Shown one piece after another: positions 16,522-25,101 of a stretch of 37,531 bases of DNA. The stretch's first letter is position 1. Every line of letters starts with the position of its first letter. A model generated the notes under the pieces. The model did no database searches. It had not been told where the DNA came from and saw nothing but the letters and a program-made list of their open reading frames with translations. The position numbers and the translations under genes are program-made. The stretch lies in contig JACZTW010000002.1 of the NCBI GenBank assembly GCA_022573485.1, positions 1-37,531 of the forward strand. The letters run 5' to 3'. Source of the stretch: Planctomycetota bacterium (GTDB lineage: Bacteria; Planctomycetota; Phycisphaerae; UBA1845; CAIVHJ01).

Positions 16522-17151
16522 ATGCGTACGAAATCAACGCTGGTGTGCGGTGTGATACTCGGCGCCTCGGTGTTGGCCGTCGCTCATGGACAGCAGGGCC
16601 TACCTGCCATCGGCCAAACGACCGTTGCGGTGGTGGACATGACCCGCATCTTCGAGACCGCCCAGATGCCAAAGGACCTGGAACGGATCTTCGGCGAGAA
16701 GAAGACGGAAATCGAAGCCGAAGCGAGAGTCAAGAAAGAAAAGATCGACGTGATCCAGAAGGAACTCAATTCCGGCGCGTTCGCCAAGGACAGCCCGGAC
16801 TACCACGACCGAATTCTGCAGATGGAGACGCTCAAGCTCCGAGCCGATCATTGGCTCCGGAACAAGGAGCGCAGCCTGGCGGGCGAGCGCAAGCGCTATT
16901 TCGAGGTGCTCTACAAACAAGTTACCCAGGCCTGCCGGGACGTGGCCCAGTCACAGGGCATCGATATCGTGCTGTCCGATAACCCTGTCGATTTTGACAT
17001 TCCGGACGCCGCGGTCCTGATCAACCAGATATTGGCCAAGAAGGTGGTTTACGCGAGTCCGCGGGTGGATTTAACCCAGCTCGTCATCGACCGGTTCGAC
17101 AACGAATACCTCCGATTGGGCGGAGCCGACACCATCAAGCTTGCCAAATAG
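16522..17151 (+). CDS. skp: OmpH/Skp family periplasmic chaperone
   Basis: Signal peptide, then VAVVDMTRIFE... followed by long K/E-rich helices (KKTEIEAEARVKKEKIDVIQKEL). AGGAG lies upstream of the ATG. Canonical position between bamA and lpxD. Confidence 0.85.
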   Translation: MRTKSTLVCGVILGASVLAVAHGQQGLPAIGQTTVAVVDMTRIFETAQMPKDLERIFGEKKTEIEAEARVKKEKIDVIQKELNSGAFAKDSPDYHDRILQMETLKLRADHWLRNKERSLAGERKRYFEVLYKQVTQACRDVAQSQGIDIVLSDNPVDFDIPDAAVLINQILAKKVVYASPRVDLTQLVIDRFDNEYLRLGGADTIKLAK

Positions 17152-17276
17152 ACGGCAAGTTGGGATGATAGTCGGCTTTGAACAGGCGGCTGGATCGCGG
17201 CATCGGTTAGCGTGCGCCCGGGGGCCGCGCGGGCCTCGGAGCGCCGACGCGGTGCCGAGCGTACAGGCGGGTACAC

Positions 17277-18326
17277 ATGCACAACGTACTCACATTGGGA
17301 AAAATTGCCGAACTCGTCGGCGGTGAACTCCGCGGCGACCCCGCTGTGGAGATTCGCTCGGTCGCGCCGTTATCGTCGGCTGGGCCGGGCGATCTGACGT
17401 GGGTCGTTGACCGCCAGCACGCTGCGCAGTTGAGCGAGTGCCAAGCCAGCGCGGTGCTCCTCCGCTGCGGCCTCGAAAACGGCCAATTGTCTGCCGTGGT
17501 GTGCGACCGGCCGGAATTGGGCATTTCCAAAGTGTTGGAGTGCTTCATGCCTCCGCTTCCACACCCGCCGGTCGGCGTCGACCCGACCGCCCTGATTGCC
17601 GACGGCGTGACACTGGGCGAGGAATCGGCCATCGGCCCGAGGGTCCTGATCCAGCGGGACGTCGCCGTCGGCCGACGCACGAAGATCCATGCCGGCGCCG
17701 TCATCGCCGCGGAAACGCAGATCGGCGACGACTGCACCATCTGGCCGAACGTCGTCATCCGGGAAAGATGCCGGATCGGCAATCGTGTGGTCATCCATCC
17801 AAACACCACCATCGGCGCGGATGGTTTTGGTTACAATTTCGACGAGACCCGCTTTCGGAAGATCCCGCACATCGGAACGGTGCGGATCGAGGACGACGTG
17901 GAGATCGGGGCCAACAGTTGCATCGACCGTGGCAAGTACAGCGAAACAGTGATCGGCCGGGGAACGAAAATCGACAATCTGGTGCAGATCGCCCATAACG
18001 TCAGGATCGGCGAGAATTGCTGCATCGTCGCTCACGTCGGCATTGCCGGCAGTACCGAATTGGGAGATTTTGTCACCCTGGCCGGCAAGGTCGGCGTGAA
18101 GGACAATATCCGCATCGGCAACCAGGTCCAGGCCGCGGCGTGCAGTTGCATCGCGGGCGACGTGGAAGACGGGCAGATCGTTCTGGGCATCCCGGCTAAA
18201 CCAAAAAGCGAATTCTTTCGCGAACATTTGGCGGTGCGGCGGATGCCCAAGGCGCTCGAAGACATTCGTGATTTGCGCAAACGGATCGAACGACTTGAAG
18301 CAGCAAACAATCAGGAAACCAGTTGA
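17277..18326 (+). CDS. lpxD: UDP-3-O-acylglucosamine N-acyltransferase
   Basis: LTLGKIAELVGGELRGDPAVEIRSVAPLSSAGPGDLTWV is an LpxD N-terminal domain. It is followed by long hexapeptide (LbH) repeats and a C-terminal helix. Confidence 0.93.
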   Translation: MHNVLTLGKIAELVGGELRGDPAVEIRSVAPLSSAGPGDLTWVVDRQHAAQLSECQASAVLLRCGLENGQLSAVVCDRPELGISKVLECFMPPLPHPPVGVDPTALIADGVTLGEESAIGPRVLIQRDVAVGRRTKIHAGAVIAAETQIGDDCTIWPNVVIRERCRIGNRVVIHPNTTIGADGFGYNFDETRFRKIPHIGTVRIEDDVEIGANSCIDRGKYSETVIGRGTKIDNLVQIAHNVRIGENCCIVAHVGIAGSTELGDFVTLAGKVGVKDNIRIGNQVQAAACSCIAGDVEDGQIVLGIPAKPKSEFFREHLAVRRMPKALEDIRDLRKRIERLEAANNQETS

Positions 18327-19614
18327 GATTACGGGCCGCGGCCTGTTCACGGGCGAGCGCGCAGTGATGCGCTTTAAGCCCGCCAAGCCGAACACGGGCA
18401 TCGTATTCTATTTGTCGAACGGACCCGATCCGGTGCGCATCCCCGCGCGCGTGGAGAACGTCAGCAAGCGCGACCGCCGCACTTCGATTCGCAACGGGAC
18501 CACCGCAATCGAAACGATCGAACATTGTCTGTCGGCCTGCACGGGCATGGGCATCGACAACATCGAGGTCGAGCTGACCGGCCACGAAGTGCCGGGGCTG
18601 GACGGAAGCTGCGCTCCGTTCGTCGAGATGATCCAGGAAGCTGAAATCGAACCGCAAGAAGCCGAACGGGAAGTGTTCGTCATTCCCGACACGCTCCGCG
18701 TGGGGAAAGGCGACATGGAGCTGCTGGCCCTGCCGCCCATTCCCGGATATGAGGACGCCCTGGAAGTGCACTACTTCCTGGACTACGGCGACGGGACACC
18801 CATCGGCCGGCAATCCTACATCATTCGCATCACGCAACAGTCGTTCGTTGAGGAAATCGCACCCGCGCGCACCTTCGTCCTCGAAGCGGAAGCCGAGGAA
18901 CTTCGCAGGCAGGGCCTGGGAATGCATTTGTCGTATCAGGATCTCGTGGTATTCGGCGCCGATGGACCGATTGAGAACGAGCTGCGCTTCCCGGAAGAGT
19001 GCGTGCGGCACAAGATTCTCGATCTGATCGGCGATCTCACGCTTCTGGGCCAGTTCGTCAGCGGCAGAATCTATGCCCGCAAGTCCGGCCATGCGCTGAA
19101 CCATGAATTAGTTCGGCAGTTGCTCGCCCGCCGCAAAGCGCTCCGCCTGCGGAAGCTGCTGGCCGACAAGCCGGTCATGGACATTCATGCCATCCGGCGT
19201 ATCCTGCCGCATCGCTACCCGTTCCTGATGGTGGACCGCGTGATTGAAATCGAGGGCACAAGACGGGCGGTCGGCGTCAAAAATGTCACCGGCAACGAGC
19301 CTTGCTTTCAGGGGCACTACCCCGGCCAGCCGATCATGCCCGGCGTGCTGATTCTCGAAGCACTGGCCCAGATGGGGGGCATTCTGCTGTCACAGGAGTT
19401 GGAACTCAAGGGCAAAGTCGCGGTCTTGCTGAGCATCGACAAGGTCAAGTTCCGCCGACCGGTCGTGCCCGGCGATCAATTGTTGCTTGAAGTCGAGGCG
19501 CTGCGCATCAAATCGCGCACCGGGCACGTCAGGTGCAAGGCCAAGGTCGGCGACGTGCTCGCTGCCGAAGCCAATCTCAAGTTCATGATGGCGGACGCGG
19601 ATCCCTGGCAATAA
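18268..19614 (+). CDS. lpxC/fabZ: bifunctional UDP-3-O-acyl-GlcNAc deacetylase / 3-hydroxyacyl-ACP dehydratase (LpxC-FabZ fusion)
   Basis: LpxC part: KQQTIRKPVEITGRGLFTG, EHCLSACTGMGIDNIEVEL...PGLDGSCAPF, HKILDLIGDL. FabZ part: ILPHRYPFLMVDRV...NEPCFQGHYPGQPIMPGVLILEALAQ. The start is uncertain. The track gives GTG 18268, but in-frame TTG 18295 (MKQQTI...) aligns better with known LpxC N-termini. Either start overlaps the lpxD end. Confidence 0.93.
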   Translation: MICANGSNDLKQQTIRKPVEITGRGLFTGERAVMRFKPAKPNTGIVFYLSNGPDPVRIPARVENVSKRDRRTSIRNGTTAIETIEHCLSACTGMGIDNIEVELTGHEVPGLDGSCAPFVEMIQEAEIEPQEAEREVFVIPDTLRVGKGDMELLALPPIPGYEDALEVHYFLDYGDGTPIGRQSYIIRITQQSFVEEIAPARTFVLEAEAEELRRQGLGMHLSYQDLVVFGADGPIENELRFPEECVRHKILDLIGDLTLLGQFVSGRIYARKSGHALNHELVRQLLARRKALRLRKLLADKPVMDIHAIRRILPHRYPFLMVDRVIEIEGTRRAVGVKNVTGNEPCFQGHYPGQPIMPGVLILEALAQMGGILLSQELELKGKVAVLLSIDKVKFRRPVVPGDQLLLEVEALRIKSRTGHVRCKAKVGDVLAAEANLKFMMADADPWQ

Positions 19615-20492
19615 TGAAAGCACGCGACATGATTCATCCCACGGCAATCATTGAGGAAGGCGCCCAATTGGGCAAGAACGTCCGAGTGGGGCCGCACTGC
19701 TACATTGGCCCGCACGTGGTGCTGGGCGACGGGTGCGAACTGAAGAACAGCGTGACCCTCGTCGGGCGCACCACCGTCGGCCCTGACTGCCTGTTTTTCA
19801 CCAACTGCGTGATCGGCGAGATCCCGCAGGATCTGAAATTCAAGGGCGGCGAGACGGAACTTACCATCGGTGAGGATAATCACTTCCGTGAAAGTGTGAC
19901 GGTCCACGCCGGCACGGAACTCGGCGGCGGCGTAACGCGGATCGGCAATCACAACCGCTTTTTGGTGGGCGTTCATTTGGCCCATGACGCGCGGATCGGC
20001 AACCACGTGGTGATGTCAAACAACGTGCAAATCGCCGGCCACGTACACATCGAAGATTTCGTCACCATGGGCGGGATGGCCGGCGTGCACCATTTTGCCA
20101 CCGTCGGGCGAAACGCGATGCTGGGCGGGCTCTCGCGCGTGATCACCGATGCGCCCCCCTACATGGTCTCCAAAGGTTACGACAGCACCGTGCGTGGCGT
20201 AAACGTTGAAAGCATGAAGCGCTGCGGTCTGTCGCCCGATGACATCGAGGCCGTCTCGCGGGCATACAAGATGCTCTACGCCAAGAGTTCGAACCGTGAG
20301 GCCCCCTTCATTCAGCGGCTCGAAGAATTGCGCAGCCGCAATGGCCACAACACCCACGTTCAATACCTCTGCCAATTCATCGAACGCACGCTTGCGGTCG
20401 GCAAACGGGGGCGGTACCTGGAGTCGCTGCGCAGCGATACGCCGGCGGACAGCCGTGCCCATTTCGAGAAAAAACCTGCGGGAGATTCGTAA
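19614..20492 (+). CDS. lpxA: acyl-ACP--UDP-N-acetylglucosamine O-acyltransferase
   Basis: MKARDMIHPTAIIEEGAQLGKNVRVGPHCYIGPHVVLGDGCEL..., with LbH repeats and a helical C-terminal domain. Start moved to ATG 19614, overlapping the upstream stop (TAATG); the track ORF begins at 19533. Confidence 0.93.
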   Translation: MKARDMIHPTAIIEEGAQLGKNVRVGPHCYIGPHVVLGDGCELKNSVTLVGRTTVGPDCLFFTNCVIGEIPQDLKFKGGETELTIGEDNHFRESVTVHAGTELGGGVTRIGNHNRFLVGVHLAHDARIGNHVVMSNNVQIAGHVHIEDFVTMGGMAGVHHFATVGRNAMLGGLSRVITDAPPYMVSKGYDSTVRGVNVESMKRCGLSPDDIEAVSRAYKMLYAKSSNREAPFIQRLEELRSRNGHNTHVQYLCQFIERTLAVGKRGRYLESLRSDTPADSRAHFEKKPAGDS

Positions 20493-21509
20493 GTGAGTAA
20501 ACCTTTTCAGACTGTCGTGGTCGGCGTGGGACACATGGGCGCCCACCACGCCCGCGTCTACAGTGAGTTGCCCGAGAGTAAACTGGTCGCCATCGTCGAT
20601 GTCAACTTGAAGCGCGCCCAAGAGATCGCACACAAGTACGGCTGCGCCGCTTACGCCCGCGTCGATGAAGTCAAGGACCACATCGATGCCGCTTCAGTCG
20701 CCGTCCCAACCGTCCTCCATCGAGAAGTCGCCGAACCTCTGCTGGCCAGAGGCATCGCGGTTTTGGTGGAAAAACCGATCGCGCCCGATGTGCCGGAGGC
20801 CACCGCCCTGCTCGAATGCGCCGAGAAATACAACGCCCTGCTGCAGATTGGACACAGCGAACGGTTCAATCCCGTGGTCATGGCCTTGAAGCGCATGGAA
20901 ATCGTGCCCAAGTTCATCGAGACGCACCGCATCAGCCCGTTCACGTTCCGATCGGCGGACATCGGCGTGGTCTTCGACATGATGATCCACGACATCGACA
21001 TCGTGCTGAATCTCGTCAAGCAGGCGGACTACACGGTACAGGCCGTGGGCATGCCGGTGCTGGTCCGCAAGAACGAGGACATTGCCAACGCCCGGATCCA
21101 GTTCTCCGACGGCTGCGTGGCCAACATGACGGCTTCGCGGCTGGCACTCAAGAGCGAGCGGATCATCCGCGTCTTCAGCCAGTCGGCCTATTTGTCCATG
21201 GATTTCGCGCGCAAGACCGGCATCGCCATCACCATCGACGGCAATCTGGACATCCTCCAGATGGCCCGCGAGGGCAAGTTCGAGGATATATCGCAGATGA
21301 AGCACGCCGACTTCGGCTCGCTGGTCACCGTCGAGCCGCTGGACGTCGATGACATCGAACCGCTGCGGGCGGAGCTGTCATCGTTTCTGAATGCACTTCG
21401 CACCGGAACGAAGCCGGAGGTCTCCGGCGAGGAGGGCGTGGCCGCCGTCAAGATGGCCACCGAAATCGTCAACAGCCTGCGCAGTCACGACTTCAAGATC
21501 AAGCTCTAA
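20493..21509 (+). CDS. Gfo/Idh/MocA family NAD-dependent oxidoreductase (GnnA-like candidate)
   Basis: GTG start immediately after the lpxA stop. Rossmann motif VVVGVGHMGAHHARVY and the family motif VLVEKPIA. Its position directly behind lpxA matches the UDP-GlcNAc 3-dehydrogenase GnnA of GlcN3N-lipid A producers. Confidence 0.8.
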   Translation: MSKPFQTVVVGVGHMGAHHARVYSELPESKLVAIVDVNLKRAQEIAHKYGCAAYARVDEVKDHIDAASVAVPTVLHREVAEPLLARGIAVLVEKPIAPDVPEATALLECAEKYNALLQIGHSERFNPVVMALKRMEIVPKFIETHRISPFTFRSADIGVVFDMMIHDIDIVLNLVKQADYTVQAVGMPVLVRKNEDIANARIQFSDGCVANMTASRLALKSERIIRVFSQSAYLSMDFARKTGIAITIDGNLDILQMAREGKFEDISQMKHADFGSLVTVEPLDVDDIEPLRAELSSFLNALRTGTKPEVSGEEGVAAVKMATEIVNSLRSHDFKIKL

Positions 21510-21523
21510 GCTGTATTTCTCAA

Positions 21524-21738
21524 GGCAATCAGGCCACAAAGACACCAAGGCACGAAGAAAAGAAATTGAACAAGGGAAGAGGGAACGGATGGAGGGGCGT
21601 GTCGGTTCGGCTGGATTCTGAAATCCGACATTTGCAATTCGTGTATTGAAATCGGCGAAGTGTGATTGTCACGTAGGGTAGCAGCGGGCACTTCGGTCAC
21701 TGATCTTCGTGCCCTGGTGTCTTTGTGGCCTGATTGCC
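21524..21738. repeat. MITE-like / long palindromic element: 34-bp terminal inverted repeats (33/34 match) around a 147-bp core
   Basis: GGCAATCAGGCCACAAAGACACCAAGGCACGAAG (21524-21557) versus the reverse complement of CTTCGTGCCCTGGTGTCTTTGTGGCCTGATTGCC (21705-21738), with a single mismatch. It fills the gap between convergent genes ending at 21509 and 21742. Confidence 0.85.
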
Positions 21739-21741
21739 GGG

Positions 21742-22863
21742 TCAACGCGCCGCACCGCTCGCGAGCTGTGCCACCGCCGAATCAACAACGGTCCTCAGAA
21801 ACAGGTCTTCACGCGGCTCGATTGCAGCTTTCTCGAGTAGTTCCCGCACTTTCGCACTGCGCAGGATTTCGAATTGCGCGTTGCGGAAGCGTTCCACGAG
21901 TTCCGCCTGAACGTCCACGAAAGGTCTCGTCTCGGATTCGATCACGTCACCCGCCTTGACGATAAAGAACGCCTCGTCGGTCTCTACGACGCCGCTGATC
22001 CGGCCTTCGTCCAGCTTGAAGAAGATCGCCGAAGGCTCGGCGTAGCGCCCGTGCAGGGGCGACTTGATGTGGCCCCAGGAGCCGCCCTCGGCGGCGTGAA
22101 TCCCGAGGGACAATCCGCGCGCCACGTCCCGAAAATCCTCACCCGCGTCGAGCCGGCTGCGCGCTTCCTCGATCGCCGTTCGCGAGGCCTGCACGTCGTC
22201 GCCTTTGGGAATGTCGATCATGCACAACTCGCGACTGCTTTGCTGAGTGTACGACTCGATATTAGTATTGTAGAAGTCGAGCAATTCCTGGCGCGTGGGA
22301 TCGGCGATCCGCACGATAACGTGATCCTGAAGGTACTTGACAATGACGATCCGCCGACGCACTTTCTCGCGGGCATCCTCGAGGGTCATGCCCATCGACG
22401 CCAAGTGGACCTCGAAGCGGGTCTGCCGGCCGCCAAACTCGCGAGTGACCCGATCTCTGATTTCCTGATCAACGTAGCGGTCCACCACACCCAGAATTTG
22501 ATCGGTGATGCCCTTGGAAGCCTCTTGGTGCAGCAGGAGATCCTGGACCTGCGTAACCAGTTCAACCTGGACTCTCTCGCGGACGAAGCGCTGCAACTGC
22601 TCCAGCGGAAGCGCCGCCGCCTCCTCGCGTAACGTCGGCATGAGCGGTTCGAGCACATCTTCGACGGTCAGCGACTCCTCGTTGATGTTGAGAATGCGGA
22701 CGGGATACGTCGGCGCGGCAGGGTCTGCGGTCGGATCGACGACCGCGTCGCTGCGGTACGGCCCGGCCGAGGCCGGACGCGCCTCGCGCCCGGAGCGGCA
22801 GCCTGCCCCACCGGCAAGCAGAGCGGCCAGAATAAGAGTGAGACCCGCCGACTTCATGGCCAT
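21742..22863 (-). CDS. SurA/PpiD-like peptidyl-prolyl isomerase (parvulin/PpiC domain), probable lipoprotein
   Basis: N-terminus MAMKSAGLTLILAALLAGGAGC has a lipobox (L-A-G-G-A-G-C). Parvulin-like domain: MIDIPKGDD...ARSRLDAGEDFRDVARGLS...GGSWGHIK...FFIVKAGD. The start is uncertain (TTG 22881, ATG 22863 or ATG 22857). Confidence 0.8.
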   Translation of the reverse strand: MAMKSAGLTLILAALLAGGAGCRSGREARPASAGPYRSDAVVDPTADPAAPTYPVRILNINEESLTVEDVLEPLMPTLREEAAALPLEQLQRFVRERVQVELVTQVQDLLLHQEASKGITDQILGVVDRYVDQEIRDRVTREFGGRQTRFEVHLASMGMTLEDAREKVRRRIVIVKYLQDHVIVRIADPTRQELLDFYNTNIESYTQQSSRELCMIDIPKGDDVQASRTAIEEARSRLDAGEDFRDVARGLSLGIHAAEGGSWGHIKSPLHGRYAEPSAIFFKLDEGRISGVVETDEAFFIVKAGDVIESETRPFVDVQAELVERFRNAQFEILRSAKVRELLEKAAIEPREDLFLRTVVDSAVAQLASGAAR

Positions 22864-23047
22864 CACTATACGAATTCGCAAGCGACTCGCAAGCGCGGGC
22901 GATCGGCGTTCGCGATTGTGAAAGTGACTCAGCGGACACTCGATGCGGCATCAAGACGGCTGTCGAACGACGAAGTCAAGTCGAAAGACCCTGCCCGTGG
23001 CTTGCCGTTTGGCAGCCCGTTCAAGCGGCAGGTTGGGCCACGACCCA

Positions 23048-23087
23048 CCCTACAGGGCTCGCGCAGGCTAAAGCCAGCGGCTCCTTG
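23048..23087. repeat. REP-like element related to 10314-10375 (opposite orientation)
   Basis: The reverse complement reads CAAGGAGCCGCTGGCTTTAGCCTGCGCGAGCCCTGTAGGG. Compare CAAGGAGCCGCAGACTTTAGTCTGCGCGAGGC... at 10314. It also contains a CCTGTAGGG motif like the 10.5-kb cluster. Confidence 0.7.
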
Positions 23088-23132
23088 TTTGGCTCGCTAT
23101 TCAAACATCAATCGAAACAAAGTGTTTGAACT

Positions 23133-24260
23133 TCACGTACCGAACGATCGAATCGCCTCGGCGACGCGGGTGACTTGGGCTTCAGTCATGTCGGGGAACA
23201 TGGGCAGGCTGAGCTGGCGCCGGGCGAGGGCTTCCGCTTCGGGAAACGTGCCCTTGCGGTAGCCTAAGTGTGCATAGGCCGGCTGCAAGTGGATCGGCTT
23301 GGGATAGTGTACGCCGCTCTGGATGTGGTGTTCGTTCAAATGAGCGCGCAGGGCATCGCGTTCGTGGTGCTGCGCGGCGTAGATGTGCCAAACCGGCTCG
23401 GCCCACTCAGTCGGCGTCGGCGGGAAGACGCCGCTCACGTCCCGCAACTGTTGCTCATACCATCCGGCTACGCGGCGGCGGTGGCCGTTCCATTGGTCGA
23501 GGCGGCGGAGCTTGACGCTCAAGACGGCAGCCTGAATGCCGTCCATGCGGAAGTTGAAACCGAGTTCGGCATGGTTGTGCCGCCCCTCTTGGGCGTGGTC
23601 GCGCAGGGCGCGGGCCCGGTCGGCCCACTCGGCGTTGTCGGTCACTACAGCGCCGGCTTCGCCGAAGGCGCCGAGGTTCTTGCCGGGATAGAAACTGAAC
23701 GCGGCGACGTCGCCCAGACTGCCGCAGGTGCGGCGCTGGTAACAGGCGCCGTGGGCCTGGGCGGCGTCTTCGATGACGGCCAAGTTGAACTCCCGCGCGA
23801 GCTTCACAATCGGCTCCATATCGGCGGGATGGCCATAGAGGTGTACCGGCATGACGGCTTTCGTTTTCGCCGTGATGGCCTGCTCGATCTGCGCCGCATC
23901 GAGGCAGTAAGTTTGTGGGTCGATATCGACGAACACCGGCACAGCGCCAATGTAGCTGATGGCCCAACAAGTGGAGATCCAAGTGAACGGCGTGGTGATC
24001 ACTTCATCGCCGGGCTGCACGCCGGCGCAGATCAGCGCGAGGTGCACCGCGCTGGTGCCGGAGTTCAGCCCCACGCAATGCTTGGTGCCGCAGTAGTCGG
24101 CGAAGGCTCGCTCGAACTGCTCGACCGCCGGGCCCAGTGCGAAAGCGTGTGAATCGATCACGCTATCAATCTCACGCCGGATGTCCGCCATCAGCGGGGC
24201 GTGCATGGTCTTCAAGTCGAGGAACGGGACGGTTTCAACTGCGGTGGCGGTGGATTGCAT
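23133..24260 (-). CDS. DegT/DnrJ/EryC1/StrS family PLP-dependent sugar aminotransferase (WbpE/WlbC/GnnB-like)
   Basis: VPFLDLKTMHAPLMADIRREIDSVIDSHAFALGPAVEQFERAFADYCGTKHCVGLNSGTSAVHLAL, then SFYPGKNLGA (PLP-Lys). Start moved to ATG 24260, preceded by GGAG; the track ORF starts at 24302. Confidence 0.9.
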   Translation of the reverse strand: MQSTATAVETVPFLDLKTMHAPLMADIRREIDSVIDSHAFALGPAVEQFERAFADYCGTKHCVGLNSGTSAVHLALICAGVQPGDEVITTPFTWISTCWAISYIGAVPVFVDIDPQTYCLDAAQIEQAITAKTKAVMPVHLYGHPADMEPIVKLAREFNLAVIEDAAQAHGACYQRRTCGSLGDVAAFSFYPGKNLGAFGEAGAVVTDNAEWADRARALRDHAQEGRHNHAELGFNFRMDGIQAAVLSVKLRRLDQWNGHRRRVAGWYEQQLRDVSGVFPPTPTEWAEPVWHIYAAQHHERDALRAHLNEHHIQSGVHYPKPIHLQPAYAHLGYRKGTFPEAEALARRQLSLPMFPDMTEAQVTRVAEAIRSFGT

Positions 24261-24323
24261 TTTGCTACTCCGGTCATGAATGTCGAAGCTCACGGTCGGC
24301 ACGGAGGCCGACCGCTACAGGGT

Positions 24324-24824
24324 CTATTCCAGCTCGTGGTCTTCGAGTGGGCGGATGACCCGCGCGGGCGTGCCGGCGACCAGGGTGCGCGGCGGCACAT
24401 CACGGGTCACGACCGCGCCGGCGGCGACCAATGCTTCCTCGCCAATGGTCACGCCGGCCAGGATGGTGGCGCTGGTGCCGATGGTCGCGCGGCGGCGGAC
24501 GCGCGTGGGCGTGCAGGTCCACTCGCCGTCGCGCTTGGGCGTACCGTCGCGATTGGTGGCCCGCGGCCTGAGGTCGTTGATGAACATCACGCCGTGCGAG
24601 ACAAACACTTCATCTTCGATGGTCACGCCTTCGCAGACGAAGCTGTGGCTTTGGATTTTGCAGCGCGCTCCGATGACGGCGTTCTTTTGAATCTCGACGA
24701 ACGTGCCGATCAGCGTGTCATCGCCGATGGTGCAGCCGTAGAGATTGCAGAAGCCGGGCAGCTTGACATTTTTGCCAAGTTGCACGTCGTCGGCGATTCG
24801 CAGTGTGGGATCGGAATGATTCAT
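24324..24824 (-). CDS. left-handed beta-helix N-acetyltransferase (WbpD/WlbB-like)
   Basis: 166 aa of hexapeptide repeats. ...[39 protein letters not shown]... resembles UDP-2-acetamido-3-amino-2,3-dideoxy sugar N-acetyltransferases. Confidence 0.8.
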   Translation of the reverse strand: MNHSDPTLRIADDVQLGKNVKLPGFCNLYGCTIGDDTLIGTFVEIQKNAVIGARCKIQSHSFVCEGVTIEDEVFVSHGVMFINDLRPRATNRDGTPKRDGEWTCTPTRVRRRATIGTSATILAGVTIGEEALVAAGAVVTRDVPPRTLVAGTPARVIRPLEDHELE

Positions 24825-25101
24825 CGCTGTTGATCCATGAGAAAGACGAAGTCCTCCGTCAGATAGATCGGATCAGCAGACCGATAACTGCAATTGCGCG
24901 GGTGGGGTGTTGCTGTCGTGATTTGGTGCGTCCGATAAGCAGTGTCACGCGAAGAGGCAAGCGGGTGCCGGGTTTCTCGTCTTTAGAGCGCTCGATTCGT
25001 CTCCGATCTTATGGAAGTGAAGCGTGAAGAGTGAAGAGGGGGCAGTAAACAGTATCTGGTGAGCACGGACGATCTGCGAGTGACTTCCAGGGGCGGTTGA
25101 C

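Noticed and set aside
16545-18401. Alternative-frame and antisense ORFs over skp and lpxD (e.g. 17370..18401(-) 343 aa, 17207..17812(-) 201 aa, 17438..17998(+) 186 aa)
   Set aside because: Their composition is dominated by Arg/Pro/Gly/Ala as expected for off-frame high-GC translation. The annotated frames carry the Skp and LpxD signatures.
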